Shown: in pieces, positions 24,812 through 36,613 of the stretch
Layout of the letters: each line of letters begins with the position of its first letter
How positions within the stretch are numbered: the first letter of the stretch is position 1
From: Squalus acanthias
Lineage: Eukaryota
DNA length: 64,000 nucleotides
Reading direction: 5' to 3'
Assembly (NCBI GenBank): GCA_030390025.1
Contig: CM059432.1
Span: 80,044,001-80,108,000 of the forward strand
Position numbers and translations under genes: made by a program
Notes under the pieces: generated by a model
The model's database searches: none
Told to the model about the DNA's origin: nothing
What the model saw: the letters and a program-made list of their open reading frames with translations, nothing else

Positions 24812-25020
24812 AGTAGTGCTGAAGACTTGTGCTCCAGAACTAGCCGCACCTCTAGCCAAGCTGATCCAGTACAGCTACAACACTGGCATCTACCCAACAA
24901 AGTGGAAAATTGCACAGGTATATCCTGTCCACAAAAAGCAGGACAAATCCAATCCGGCCAATTACCACCATATCAGTTTACTCTCAATCATCTGCAAAGT
25001 GATGGAAGGTGTCGTTGACA
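24812..25020 (+). mobile_element. Continuation of LINE 21749-23070
   Basis: LKTCAPELAAPLAKLIQYSYNTGIYPTKWKIAQVYPVHKKQDKSNPANY..ISLLSIICKVME. Confidence 0.85.
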
Positions 25021-25723
25021 GTTTATCAAAAACGCACACCTCATCTACCCTTCAAATAATAAAAATCGGAACTTGGTACAGTGAAGCCTGAGCTGATTTA
25101 ATGCCTTTGGAAAACTAACTTTTTCCACCCACCAAAAGACCAAAAGTACAGACTCTTTATATTTCATGTTTCACTTCAATTTGACACAACTCTCAGTTCT
25201 GGAAGGGGCACCCCTGGGTCTCCTGTTTACAAAGCAAGTGTTTCAGTGCACTCTGCCACACACCATGGCTGCCTGTTGATCAGATGATGTGGGGACTGCG
25301 AATTAGCCTAAAAGGCAGTTTATCCAGAGATTGGTCCGCTTTAAACACAAACCTCATCTGTTTGGATTGGAGTACAATTGGAGGATCTTCACAAAGCTAA
25401 CTATACTTCTACTTTCTGTAGTCTGGCAAGACTGGATTAAATTACACATTGCTGGGTTGTCTACGGCAGCCAGGATCAAATTACACATTCCAGACAAATT
25501 GTTGGGTGTGTCTTGTCCTCCAAGGGGACCAATCAGAAATCTGATCTTGTCCTCCAAGGGGACCAATCAGAAATTTGGTGTTGCAAATAGACACGACTCA
25601 CAGATACACAAGCAATCTGGACTCAAATCAAATGAACTAAAATAAATCAAAAGACCATACAATTTTGGGTGAAAGCACATTACGCACGCAAATACAAGAC
25701 CACCAAATCACCTTACCTTGACA

Positions 25724-25943
25724 TGGAGAGAGAGATGATGGGGGATGGGGGGGGATGGGGAGAGAAAGAGAGAGACAGAGAGAGCGCGAGCGCGAGGGAG
25801 GGAGGGCGAGAGAGAGAGAGAGAGAGAGAAAAGACAGGGAGAGAGAGAAAGGCAGAAACAAGACAGAGAGGGGAACAGACAAGAGAGATACAAACACAAG
25901 GGAGAAAGGGAGAGAGAGAGAGAGAGAGACAGAGATAGACAGA
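25724..25943 (+). repeat. GA-rich low-complexity/microsatellite tract
   Basis: (GA)n runs interspersed with GACA/GAAA. Confidence 0.9.
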
Positions 25944-26053
25944 CTGTGGTAGCAGAAACAAATTTAGCGGGAGAAACGTCAGGGACAGACAAGGATGAGC
26001 ACACAAGCAGAAAGTTACACTTATTGCACTATTAGTGAGATTACAGACTTATA

Positions 26054-26860
26054 GGGCAGAATTTCCATTGACCCGTGGAGGCAGGTTTGGAGGCGTGTGG
26101 GGGGTTAAAGTTGCAGATTCGGGGTTCCCGAACCCATCCCGCCCCCATGCCAGTTTCACTGGAGGCGGGTACCTGACCTGTGCTGGGACCCGCCTCCCCG
26201 AGGCGGGAAGGGAATTAGTGGCAATAAACTGCCTGTTAACCGGTAGTTTTTTGCCTAATCCCTATTTTGATGCGTGAAATGTGGGCTTCCAGACAAGTCC
26301 GAACCACGGCCAAGTTAGCGAGGCGGACCGTGGGTCTGCAGGGGTCGATATGTCTGGTGGGCAGGTGAGTGATGAGTGCAGAGGTAAGTGTGTAAGGTAA
26401 GTGTAAAGTGTGGGAAAAAAGTTTTACTTACCTTAACTTCCTCCTGCAGGTGTCAGCCCTTCAGGTCTCGGGAGTCAGAAATCTCACCGGCACAGAAAAC
26501 AGAATGGCCGTTGAGCTGTCAAAAACTGCAGCCTCTGTTTTCTGTGCTGGATTCATTTCTAACTCAGCCTGAGAGGAAGGACTCAAGTTAGAAGACAGAT
26601 TGTCAGTGTTTGACAGCTTCACAGAGCTGTCAAACGCGGATATTTCATCTGTCAAAAGCTCTTGACAGATGAAATGTCAATCTGTGACGTCACCTGTTGC
26701 CGGGTGGCCCTTAATTGGCCTGCTGAGCCCGCTGGGCGGGCTCAACAAGGTCAATCAAGTGAAAATACAGTGGGTTGGCCACAAGTCGATGGAAGCGGGA
26801 CTACAACCCAAAAAGTGGGAGTCCCGCCTCCATCACGTCCCCAGTATCAAAATCCAGCCC
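26054..26860 (+). mobile_element. PIF/Harbinger-type MITE
   Basis: TIRs GGGCAGAATTTC / CAAAATCCAGCCC, ATA TSD (26051-26053, 26861-26863), internal CTGTCA/TGACAG hairpins. Confidence 0.78.
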
Positions 26861-27380
26861 ATAAAGTCTATAATACAAATTTCTACAAAATAATAAAAAT
26901 TACCTCGAAATGCTCACAAGCATTCTTTAAATAGTTTTCAAACTTTTTACATATGCACGAGAAAAAAATCCTTAAGCCTCAGGAATGATTCAGAGGAGAT
27001 ATTTTTGAACTGAATTTTCAATAGCAATAACGAAAAAGGAAATCCATTCTCGATAAACAGTATCAGTTGATGGTTAAAAAAAAGCAAACAAAGGAATCAC
27101 AATCACAGGCACTGCTAATCACAGGTGATGTCTGCCTGCGTGCAGCTCATATAGAAAACATTTTAAATAAATGTCAGCAGAATTTAATCTATAGTTTGTT
27201 TGAAAGTCTTGGGGAGAAAGCAAACTAAATTTCAAACACTCGCAAGATAAGGAAACCCTTCCATCCTTCAACTCATGCTGTTGCACAGGTGCCACACTAA
27301 AAGGTTCTGCAAACCACATATGTTCAGAATGCATAGCTGTGATTGAAAGCTCAATCTAACAGTTGGGAGATAAAAATATC

Positions 27381-28122
27381 GGCCCGAAAATTAGACCTAA
27401 TACGCGAGAGTACGCACGGTGTACTCTCGCGTTTTAGGTCTCCAATTGCCGGTTTCCTGCATGCACTGCGCATGCGCGGGAAACCGGCACTTCGTGAATT
27501 CAAAAGGGGGCGGTTCCTAAGTGAACCGCGTGCGCGCTACAGGCTGCGCGCACGCAGTGCACGTAGTGCTTTGAACGCGCAGGTAAGCATGGAAGATTTT
27601 ACACAAAGAAAGGAGGCGTAAGACCCTCTTTTAACAAGGTAAGTAGTTAATTAAGTATTATTTTAAATTTTTTTCAACAGGTTTATCTTTTTTAGAGACT
27701 TTAAAGAAAGGTAAGTTTATTTTTATAACTTTTAAAAAGATTTTAAATTTTTTCAAAAATTTAATTTTTTGTTTAAAGTGGTTAATTTATTTAACTATAC
27801 TTATTTTATTAATGTGATGGCTTTTTTTTAATTTAATTGAGGTTTAGCTGTTCTTTTGGGGGGGGTATAGTATTCATAGCTTTGACAGGTCTTCCTGTCA
27901 AAACTATGAATGAAAGATGGTGTGCTGCCATTGGCTCGAACTGAATCACGTGATCCCAGAGCTCGCACGAACTAATTGCGTCTCTGGGTCACGCAAGCAC
28001 TGCACAGCTGCAGCCTTGAAACTAAAGTTCGTGTGGGCCCGGAGGAAAAAGGTAGGCGCGGAGTGAGATATCGCGGGGAAGCCTTACCCCCGCGTGAACA
28101 CTCAGTGTTTAATTTCTGGGCC
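27381..28122 (+). mobile_element. PIF/Harbinger-type MITE
   Basis: TIRs GGCCCGAAAATTA / TAATTTCTGGGCC and ATC TSD (27378-27380, 28123-28125). Confidence 0.82.
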
Positions 28123-28222
28123 ATCTAGTTGAACCCAGGATTTTGAGACAGGCTGAGGCTTTCGAGTAGAAACTATAAATGAAGGTATTTAAAGACACAA
28201 CAGACAATTTAATGTGCAAATT

Positions 28223-31069
28223 TACATAGGATTACATAGGATTTACGGCACAGAAACAGGCCATCCGGCCCAACCAGTCCATGCCGGCGTTTATGCTCCA
28301 TTCGAGCCTCCTCCCGTCTTTCCTCATCTAAATCTATCAGCGTAACCCTCTATTCCCTTCTCCCGTATATGCTGGTCCAGCCTCCCATTAAATGCATCTA
28401 TACTATTCGCTTCAACCACTCCCTGTGGTAGCGAGTTCCACATTCTCACCACTCTTTGGGTAAAGAAGTTTCTTCTGAATTCCCTATTGGATTTCTTGGT
28501 GACCATCTTATATTGATGGCCTCTAGTTATGCACATCCCCGCAAGTGGAAACATTCTCTCTGTATCTACTCTATCAAAACCTTTCATAATTTTAAAGACC
28601 TCTATTAGGTCACTCCTCAGCCTTCTTTTTTCAAGAGAAAAGAGATCCAGCCTGTTCATCCTTTCCTGATATGTATACCCTCGCATTTCTGGTATCATCC
28701 TTGTAAATCTTCTCCGCACCCTCTCCAGTGCCTCTATATCCTTCTTATAATATGGCGACCAGAACTGCACGCAGTACTCCAAGTGTGGTCAAACCAAGGT
28801 TCGATACAGGTTTAGCATAACTTCCCTACTTTTCAATTCTATCCCTCTAGAAATAAACCCTAGTGCTTGGTTTGCTTTTTTTTATGGCCTTGCTAACCTG
28901 TGGCGCAACTTTGAGTGATTTGTGTATTTGTACTCGAGATCCCTTTGTTCCTCTACCCCACCTAGACTCACACCCTCCAAGCAATAAGTGACCTCCCTAT
29001 TCTTCCTACCAAAATGTAACACCTCACATTTATCGGTGTTGAACTTCATTTGCCAATTATTTGCCCATTCTGCAAGTTTATTAATGTCCTCCTATAATTT
29101 GTTGCAGTCCTCCTCAGTATTGACTATCCCGCCCCAATTTGGTATCATCCGCAAATTTAGAAATTGTGTTTTTGATTCCAAAGTCAAAATCGTTAATATA
29201 AATTGTGAACAGCAGTGGTCCCAGCACTGATCCTTGTGGAACACCACTACCCACCTTCTGCTACTGTGAACAGCTACCCTTTACTCCCACTCTCTGCTTT
29301 CTGTCTTGAAGCCAGCTAGCAATCCATTCTGCTACTTGTCCCCTTACCCCGCATTGTCTGACCTTATTCATTAGTCTATTATGGGGTACCTTATCAAAGG
29401 CCTTTTGAAAATCTAGATAAATTACATCTACTGTATTACCATTGTCTACTCTCTCTGTTAACTCTTCAAAAAATTAAATAAGATTGGTCAAGCAAAATTT
29501 TCCCTTTTGAAATCCATGCTGACTATTCATTATTATACTTTTCGTTTCTAGATGTTTTTCTATTCTCTCCTTTAGTAGGGATTCCATTATTTTTCCCACC
29601 ACCGATGTTAAGCTGACTGGTCAAAAATTCCCTGGACATGTTCTATCCCCCTTCTTAAATATAGGTATTACTTTAGCTATCCGCCAGTCCTCTGGCACTA
29701 CACCTTTTTCGAACAAATTATTAAATATGTGTAGTAATGCCTCTGCTATCTCTTCCCTCGATTCTTTTAATATGCGGGGATGCAATCCATCTGGACCTGG
29801 GGTTTTATCCTCTTTGAGTTTGATTAGTTTATTTAATATATCCCCTTTTTTATTTTAAATGCACTTATCTCATTACTAATCTCATCACCCAATGTCATGT
29901 CCACCTGTTCTATCTCCCTGGTAAATACCGAAGCGAAATAATGATTTAATATTTCTGCCATCTTCCTATCGTTACCTGTGGTATTGTCCTGTCTATCCCT
30001 TAATGGCCCTATTCCCATCCCAACCCTCCTTTTTTTATTGATGTGCCTATAAAATATTTTACTATTTTGTTTTATGTTCCTTGATAATTTAATTTCATAG
30101 TTCCTCTTTGCCTTCCTAATTGTTTTTTTGACTTCTCTCCCTTCGTATTCTCTCTTATCATGCACTCTTCTGCTGTCTATGTACTTAATGTATACCTCTT
30201 TCCTTACCCTCAATTGTTCCCTTATGTCTTTATTCATCCATGGAGTCTCATTAGTGTTTAGTTTGTTCTTTCCTTTCAGCGGAATATATTTTTCCTGCAC
30301 TCTGTTGAACACCGTTTTAATTGTTTCCCATTGTCGTTCTACATCGTTGTTTGTCAATACTGTTGCCCATTTTATCTTCCCAAGTTCTATTCTCAACCCC
30401 TCAAAAATCAGCATTTCTCCAATCTATTAACCTGGTTTTTGTCATACTTATGTCCTTCTCTATTATCATCTTAAGGCACATTATATTATGGTCACTATTG
30501 CCTATATGTTCCCCTACTTTTACTTCTCTTATCTGCTCTGGCTCATTCACCATAACTAGATCCAATAGCGAATCCTCCCTTGTTGGGCTTTTTACAAATT
30601 GGGTTAGAAAGGAGTCCTGTAGACACTGTAGCAACTCCATTCCCTTATCCCCTTTACCTACCTCTTCTGTCCAATTAATATCGGGGTAGTTGAAATCCCC
30701 CATGATTATTAGTCTATGTTTTTTACTCAGTTCTCTAATTTGTCTGTATATATCTTCCTCCACCTCCCTTCCACTACTAGGTGGTCTGTAGACTACGCCT
30801 ATTAGTGTGATTGATCCTTTATTATCTTTTATCTCAATCCATATGGATTCTGTTTTTATCTTGCTGATATCTACGTCCCTTTTTTCTACTGCCATTATGT
30901 TATCCCTAATAAGTGCAGCTACTCCACCTCCCCTTTTCCCCTCTCTATCTTTTCTAAATGTTATACGCTGCAATGTTTAATTCCCAGTCCTGATTTTTCT
31001 GTAACCATGTCTCAGTAATCCCTACTATGTCTGGTTCCTCCCAATGCATGATTGCCTCCAGCTCCCCTG
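28223..31069 (-). mobile_element. CR1 LINE (~2.8 kb, APE + RT remnants)
   Basis: RKDREGKRGGGVA, GVVYRPP, IMGDFNYPDINW, LLDLV and GNSDHN, then EYCVQFWSPY..RRNFFTQRVV; tail (TACATAGGAT)n. Confidence 0.93.
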
Positions 31070-32359
31070 TTGGAAAGGTTTAAGCCAATTAAGGAGAGCC
31101 AACACGGATTTGTAAAAGACAGATAGTGTTTGACTAATCTAATTGAATTTTTTGATAAAGTAACAGAGAGGAATGGTGAAGGGAATGCAATGGATGTTGT
31201 CTACATGGATTTTAGGAAGGCATTTGACAAAGTACCACATAGAAGGCTGGTTAACAAAATTGAGGCTCATGGAATAGGTGGGTCAGTGGCAGCTTGGAGA
31301 AGGAATTGGCTTAAGGACAGAAAACAGGGAGTTGTGGTAAATGGATGCTTTTCAGACTGGAGGATGATAGACAGTGGTGTTCCCCAAGGGTCAGTGCTGG
31401 GATCACTATATATATGACCTGGATATTGGAATCCAGAGTAGAATTTCTAAATTTGCCGATGACACCAAACTTGGGGGTGTGGCAAACAGTGAGGATGATA
31501 CCAATCGACTGCAACAGGACACAGAAAAGCTAGCAGAATGGGCAGACAAGTGGCAGATGGAATTTAATACAGAGAAGTGTGAGGTGATGCATTTTGGCAG
31601 AAAGAACAGGGAAAGGCAATATGTACTTAAAGGCACAGTTTTAAAGAGTGTGCAGGGACAGAGGGACCTGGGAGTTAATGTGCATAGGTCTCTGAAGGTA
31701 GCGGGACATATTGAGAGAGTGGTTAGCAAAGCATATGGGATCTTGGGCTTCATAGAGGTATTGAGTACAAAAGTAGAGAAGTTATGCTTAACCTTTATAA
31801 AGCGCTGGTTAGGCCACAACTCGAGTATTGCGTCCAGTTCTGGTCACCACACTTTAGGAAGGATGTGAAGGCACTTGAGAGGGTGCAGAGGAGATTTACC
31901 AGAATGGTTCCGGGGATGGGGGATCTTAGCTACAAGGACAGGTTGGAGAAGCTGGATTTGTTTTCATTAGAGCAAAGGAGGTTGAGGGGTGATTTAACAG
32001 AGGTGTACAAGATTATGACGGGTTTGGATAGGCTAGATGGGGAAAGGCTGTTCCCACTAGTTGATGGTACAAGGACTAGGGGACACAGATTTAAGGTTTT
32101 GGGCAAGAGATACGGGGGGAATGTGAGGAAAAAGTTTTTTACGCAGCGAGTGGTGGGGACCTGGAACTCGCTGCCGACGAAAGTGATGGAAGCGGAGACA
32201 CTGAATGTTTTCAAGGGGAGACTGGATAGGCACTTCAGGGAAATAAACATGCAGGGCTACGGGAATAGAGTGGGGGAATGGGACTGACTGGATTGCTCTA
32301 CAGAGAGCTGGCACGGACTCGATGGGCTGAATGGCTTCCTTCTGTGCCGTTATGACTCT
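31070..32359 (+). mobile_element. CR1 LINE 5'-truncated, abutting the previous CR1 back-to-back
   Basis: [34 protein letters not shown] and YKALVRPQLEYCVQFWSP; tail TATGACTC. Confidence 0.92.
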
Positions 32360-32362
32360 ACG

Positions 32363-33135
32363 GGGGAGAAATTCGGTATCGCCCTGTTTGGGGCGCAATT
32401 ATCGCCTCCGACTGCAAACTTGGCTTCTATCGCCCCTGGAGGTGATTGGAGCGCTAAATCAGGCGCTACACACCTCTCTTAAGGCGCTAACGCCGAGGAG
32501 CGAGGCGCTACCTCAGAGCGCTGGTGAAGCTCATGTGATGTCAGTCAGCAATGGAACACAGACACACTGGCGCCGGCCAGTTCTTAAAGGGTAGGGTCTT
32601 TCCATCCACACCCTGCTCATTGCAGCCTTGAATCTCGGCCTGGAAAGAACAATGGAGAGACCCAGGGAAAGAGCTCAGAGTGCAGCCCCCATCGTCTCTT
32701 CTAAATCAATGCAAGGAAGGTCAAATCAAAATGAACCTGCAAAGTGCTGCTCAGTACCCAAAACTCCTTCACACAGCGTTGAATCTCTCCAGAAGTCTCT
32801 CTCTCTCTCTCAGAATGCGTGGTGCAAAAATGTCACCGACAAAGAAAGGCAGGAAGCGGTCGCCTTTAAATAGCGCTCCCCCAGTCCCTTCCCGACTGCA
32901 AAACGCTCCTCTCAACCTGTCGTTGCTAGCGGCAGGCGGTAAGGCAGGGGGCGCCACTCAATATCCGGTCCAGGGCGCTACCGGGGCGTTGCACGCTCGA
33001 CTGACTTCACGATCTGCGGGCGCAGGAGATCGTGGCGGTAGTGTTTAGCGCCGCCGCAAAATGTCTGGTCCATTTCACGAGCGGCGCAAACATAGCTGCT
33101 AACGGGAGGCGCAAAACAACCTAATTTTTCTCCCT
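32363..33135. mobile_element. PIF/Harbinger-type MITE inserted in the CR1 tail repeat
   Basis: TIRs GGGGAGAAATT / AATTTTTCTCCCT, ACG TSD (32360-32362, 33136-33138), and many GGCGCTA/TAGCGCC sub-terminal motifs. Confidence 0.78.
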
Positions 33136-34486
33136 ACGACTCTATAAGTTGACAACAGAATCAGAGAAGCCAAGAGTCTGTTTGAAAATCTCAGAAGAAA
33201 CAGGTTAATACCCTGTAAGAAAGGAACATTGTGTTTCATTTACAAAGGATTAGTTTAGTTCTTCGACTTAAATCTATTATTTTGACTGCTCATGGAATCA
33301 GAAAAAAAAGACTTTCTACTGTAAATATATAACTGCATTATATCACTGTTAGATTATTCATTTATTGATTAATAAATTAACTCAATAGCCTTAAGCTAAA
33401 AAAAAGTCTGATGTGATGCTCTACCACTTTTGAAGACTAAAGTGGAACCTTACTGAGGCGCAAGATAGCCCAGTACCTAACAGCAATTACCAAAAAGGAT
33501 TTGTTGTTCATTTCCCCAGGTGTATTAGTAAAGGTTTACTTCGATCAAGGCAAAGATGGACATTCTAAGATGTGGGGAGTTGAGACTCAATGCTCACAGT
33601 GATATAAGATACGAAAGCCAAAATAATCTTGAGTGAGTGAGAATTTTTTTTTTTTTTAAATGCAACACTGACTCACTCTATATTGGATTCTTCCACAGAA
33701 ACATCTCAGTCACAAGATGTCATACTTTCAGTGGCACTACGTAAAAGCGGGCATGCCAGCATGATCAACAGCTAGCATATCTTGTTGGCTATACCCAAGA
33801 TGCCACCAACCATTTATGTAGGCCCTGGGACACCTACCTGCAATGACCAGGGTCTGGGTCAGCAGAGAGAGATGTGCCATCTGCTTCAAGGACACCTCTA
33901 GGTACCAAGCAGCGACAGTAACTGTCAGCGATGGCCGGAAACTTGGCTCCACCACCTTGTAGGCATGTTTCAATTCTGATCTATGGGATGATGTGGTGGA
34001 GTCAAAGGATTATTGTCCTAGCAACTAGTTCATGCAGCACCACCTTCACTTCAGCGGGCACTAAACATAGGGTCAAATGCCGGAATGCTCTGATATTTGC
34101 CTGCAGATTCATTCCTGCACCCTGCTTTTCCTTTCATTCATTTGTTGCCCTTCTCTTCGCCGCAAAGGCTATTGAATGAGTCAAAATGCTTTCAAGAATC
34201 ACCAACAGCTATCAGAAATGTTCTCACCCTATTTTCACACGCCCCTTTAACTGTCCCCATGCCTTTCAATTTCACTTACAACCAATTTCCCTCTCCCACC
34301 AATAGTGTGCTTCCTGGACTCATCCAAATTTGTACCTGAAACAAGGCTATGAGCTAATCCAGGAAATATGGGTGCAAGTACCATACTTCTATTTGAATCT
34401 GTCTAAAATCAGCCACAAGCCTTAAACTACACCAGTAGTGGAAAATCTGGACTAAAAAGAGAGATACACAGACATTTTTTTAAAAA

Positions 34487-35166
34487 CGGCATTACCATCG
34501 CCGAATCCCCCACCATCAACATCCTGGGGGTCACCACTGACCAGAAACTTAACTGGACCAGCCACATAAATACTGTGGCAACAAGAGCAGGTCAGAGGCT
34601 AGGTATTCCGCAGCGAGTATCTCACCTCCTGACTCCCCAAAGCCTTTCCACCATCTACAAGGCACAAGTAAGGAGTGTGATGGAATACTCTCCACTTGCC
34701 TGGATGAGTGCAGCTCCAACAACACTCAGGAAGCTTGACACCATCCAGGACAAAGCAGCCTGCTTGATTGGCACCCCATCCACCACCTTAAACATTCACT
34801 CCCTCTACCACCGGCATACAAGATGCACTGCAGCAACTCGCCAAGGCTTCTTTGGCAGCATCTCCCAAACCCGCGACCTCTTCCACCTAGAAGGACAAGG
34901 GCAGCAGGCGCATGGGAACACCACCACCTCGAAGTTCCCCTCCAAGTCACACACCATCCTGACTTAGAAGTATATCGCCGATCCTTCATCGTCGCTGGGT
35001 CAAAATCCTGGAACTCCCTACCTAACAGCACTGTGGGAGTACCTTCACCACACGGACTGCAGCGGTTCAAGGCGACAGCTCACCACCACCTTCTCAAGGG
35101 CAATTAGGGATGGGCAATAAATGCTGGCCTTGCCAGCGATGCCCACATCCCATAAACGAATAAAAA
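34487..35166 (+). mobile_element. LINE 3' fragment (CR1/L2 superfamily)
   Basis: LSTIYKAQVRSVMEYSPLAWMSAAPTTLRKLDTIQDKA..RSFIVAGSKSWNSLP; the 3' UTR ends ATAAACGAATAAAAAA. Confidence 0.85.
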
Positions 35167-36613
35167 AGACAGAGATAAGAGAGGGGAAGACAGAAAGAAA
35201 GAATGTGAAAGGTATACAATGGAAACAGAAAGACAGGGATAAAGAATTAGACAATGGAAAACAGGAAAAATGCAATGTTCTTTTCTGCCCATAAACAACT
35301 CATGACAAAAACACTATTTTATTATACTGTAGGTCAAATCCAACTGATAGCTCAATGTCCTGTTTTCAATTGGAAATGTTAACTAGTTTAAGCATGCAGT
35401 GGACTCTTGGCAAGGGCAAAACACTAGTTTGCCCCATCAGAAATTTGATCTCACTGCAGATCAAACTTCATTAAAATTAATAGATTGTGACAGTATAAGT
35501 TTTTTTTAAAAACAAGGACTTATCTTTTATCAATCTTAAGTGGATTTGGGTATATTAAGAAATAAGATCATTTTTGATTTATCAGGTGATAAAATAAGAG
35601 CAAAAAGTCAATTCAAATTCTATCCCAGAATACATTTACTAAACCCGTCATAATCTCTTCCCTCTTTCTGCTGACTCCATTGATTTTTCTTAAGAAATCA
35701 ATTTCTGTGGCCCTTACCTCAAGCACAATTAAAAAACTTAGCAGAAAGTCAACTTTTACAAAATGTATTATGGATTATATGTACACTTCAAATTCACTGC
35801 TTGCTAGGACTAATATGTAAACCACACTGTATTTTGACTATTAGATGGCTGACAGCATAGGTCATGAAGGGCATGTTAAATTTAGCCATTCACTCAAGTG
35901 TCCATAAGAAGCTCAACAGTCAAAAAGGCATATTGTAAAAAGCATTAAAGGACACAAACCAAAATTCAATACAAAATACAAATGTTGATGTTATGAATAT
36001 TCTATTAGTATATTAAATATCTTATGTCTGCACATACTTCCTGTCAATCTTCCCCATCACAAACATGTCCACACTTATAATGGAAACTGCCTATGTAAAC
36101 TTGCAAAGTTGTAATTGCATGCTCCTGTTGGTTAAGGTGTTCCAATGCCAATGATGGGAGAGTTTAATCACAGCACGACAAGTTTACATAGAAACTTTCC
36201 ATTGTAAATGTGGACATACGAATTTATAATGTAAATATCAAAATAATGACAATGTAAGACTTTAAAATCAAGTCCATCCCTGGTCCATTTATCTCCCACC
36301 CTCTAACCCTGTTTCACCTGAACACTACATTTGATCTCAACTCATGCAACACCTCAATCAACAGGTATTTGCAAAAAAAATTCTAAACACAGAAATTTAG
36401 ATCATCAATCTTGGACCAAATTCTTCTTCAAATTGACTCATGGGCATCTGAATGGAATCTTAACTCTCACAACAGCAACAATAGTGCATATAATACTTTT
36501 TTCTAACTGTAACATAGCTGTAACTGAAGAGCTCCGTTGGTATGATTACTATGCTCCTTTGCACAACTGGAAAAAAGGGCCTGAAACTCAACTTTACCAA
36601 TGAGTAAGTAACT

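Noticed and set aside
25637..26035. Arg/Glu- and Leu/Ser-rich ORFs
   Set aside because: Translations of the GA microsatellite.
28223..32359. Single CR1 with 5' inversion (twin priming)
   Set aside because: Both halves contain the same RT region and have different 3' tails, so they are two independent subfamily insertions.
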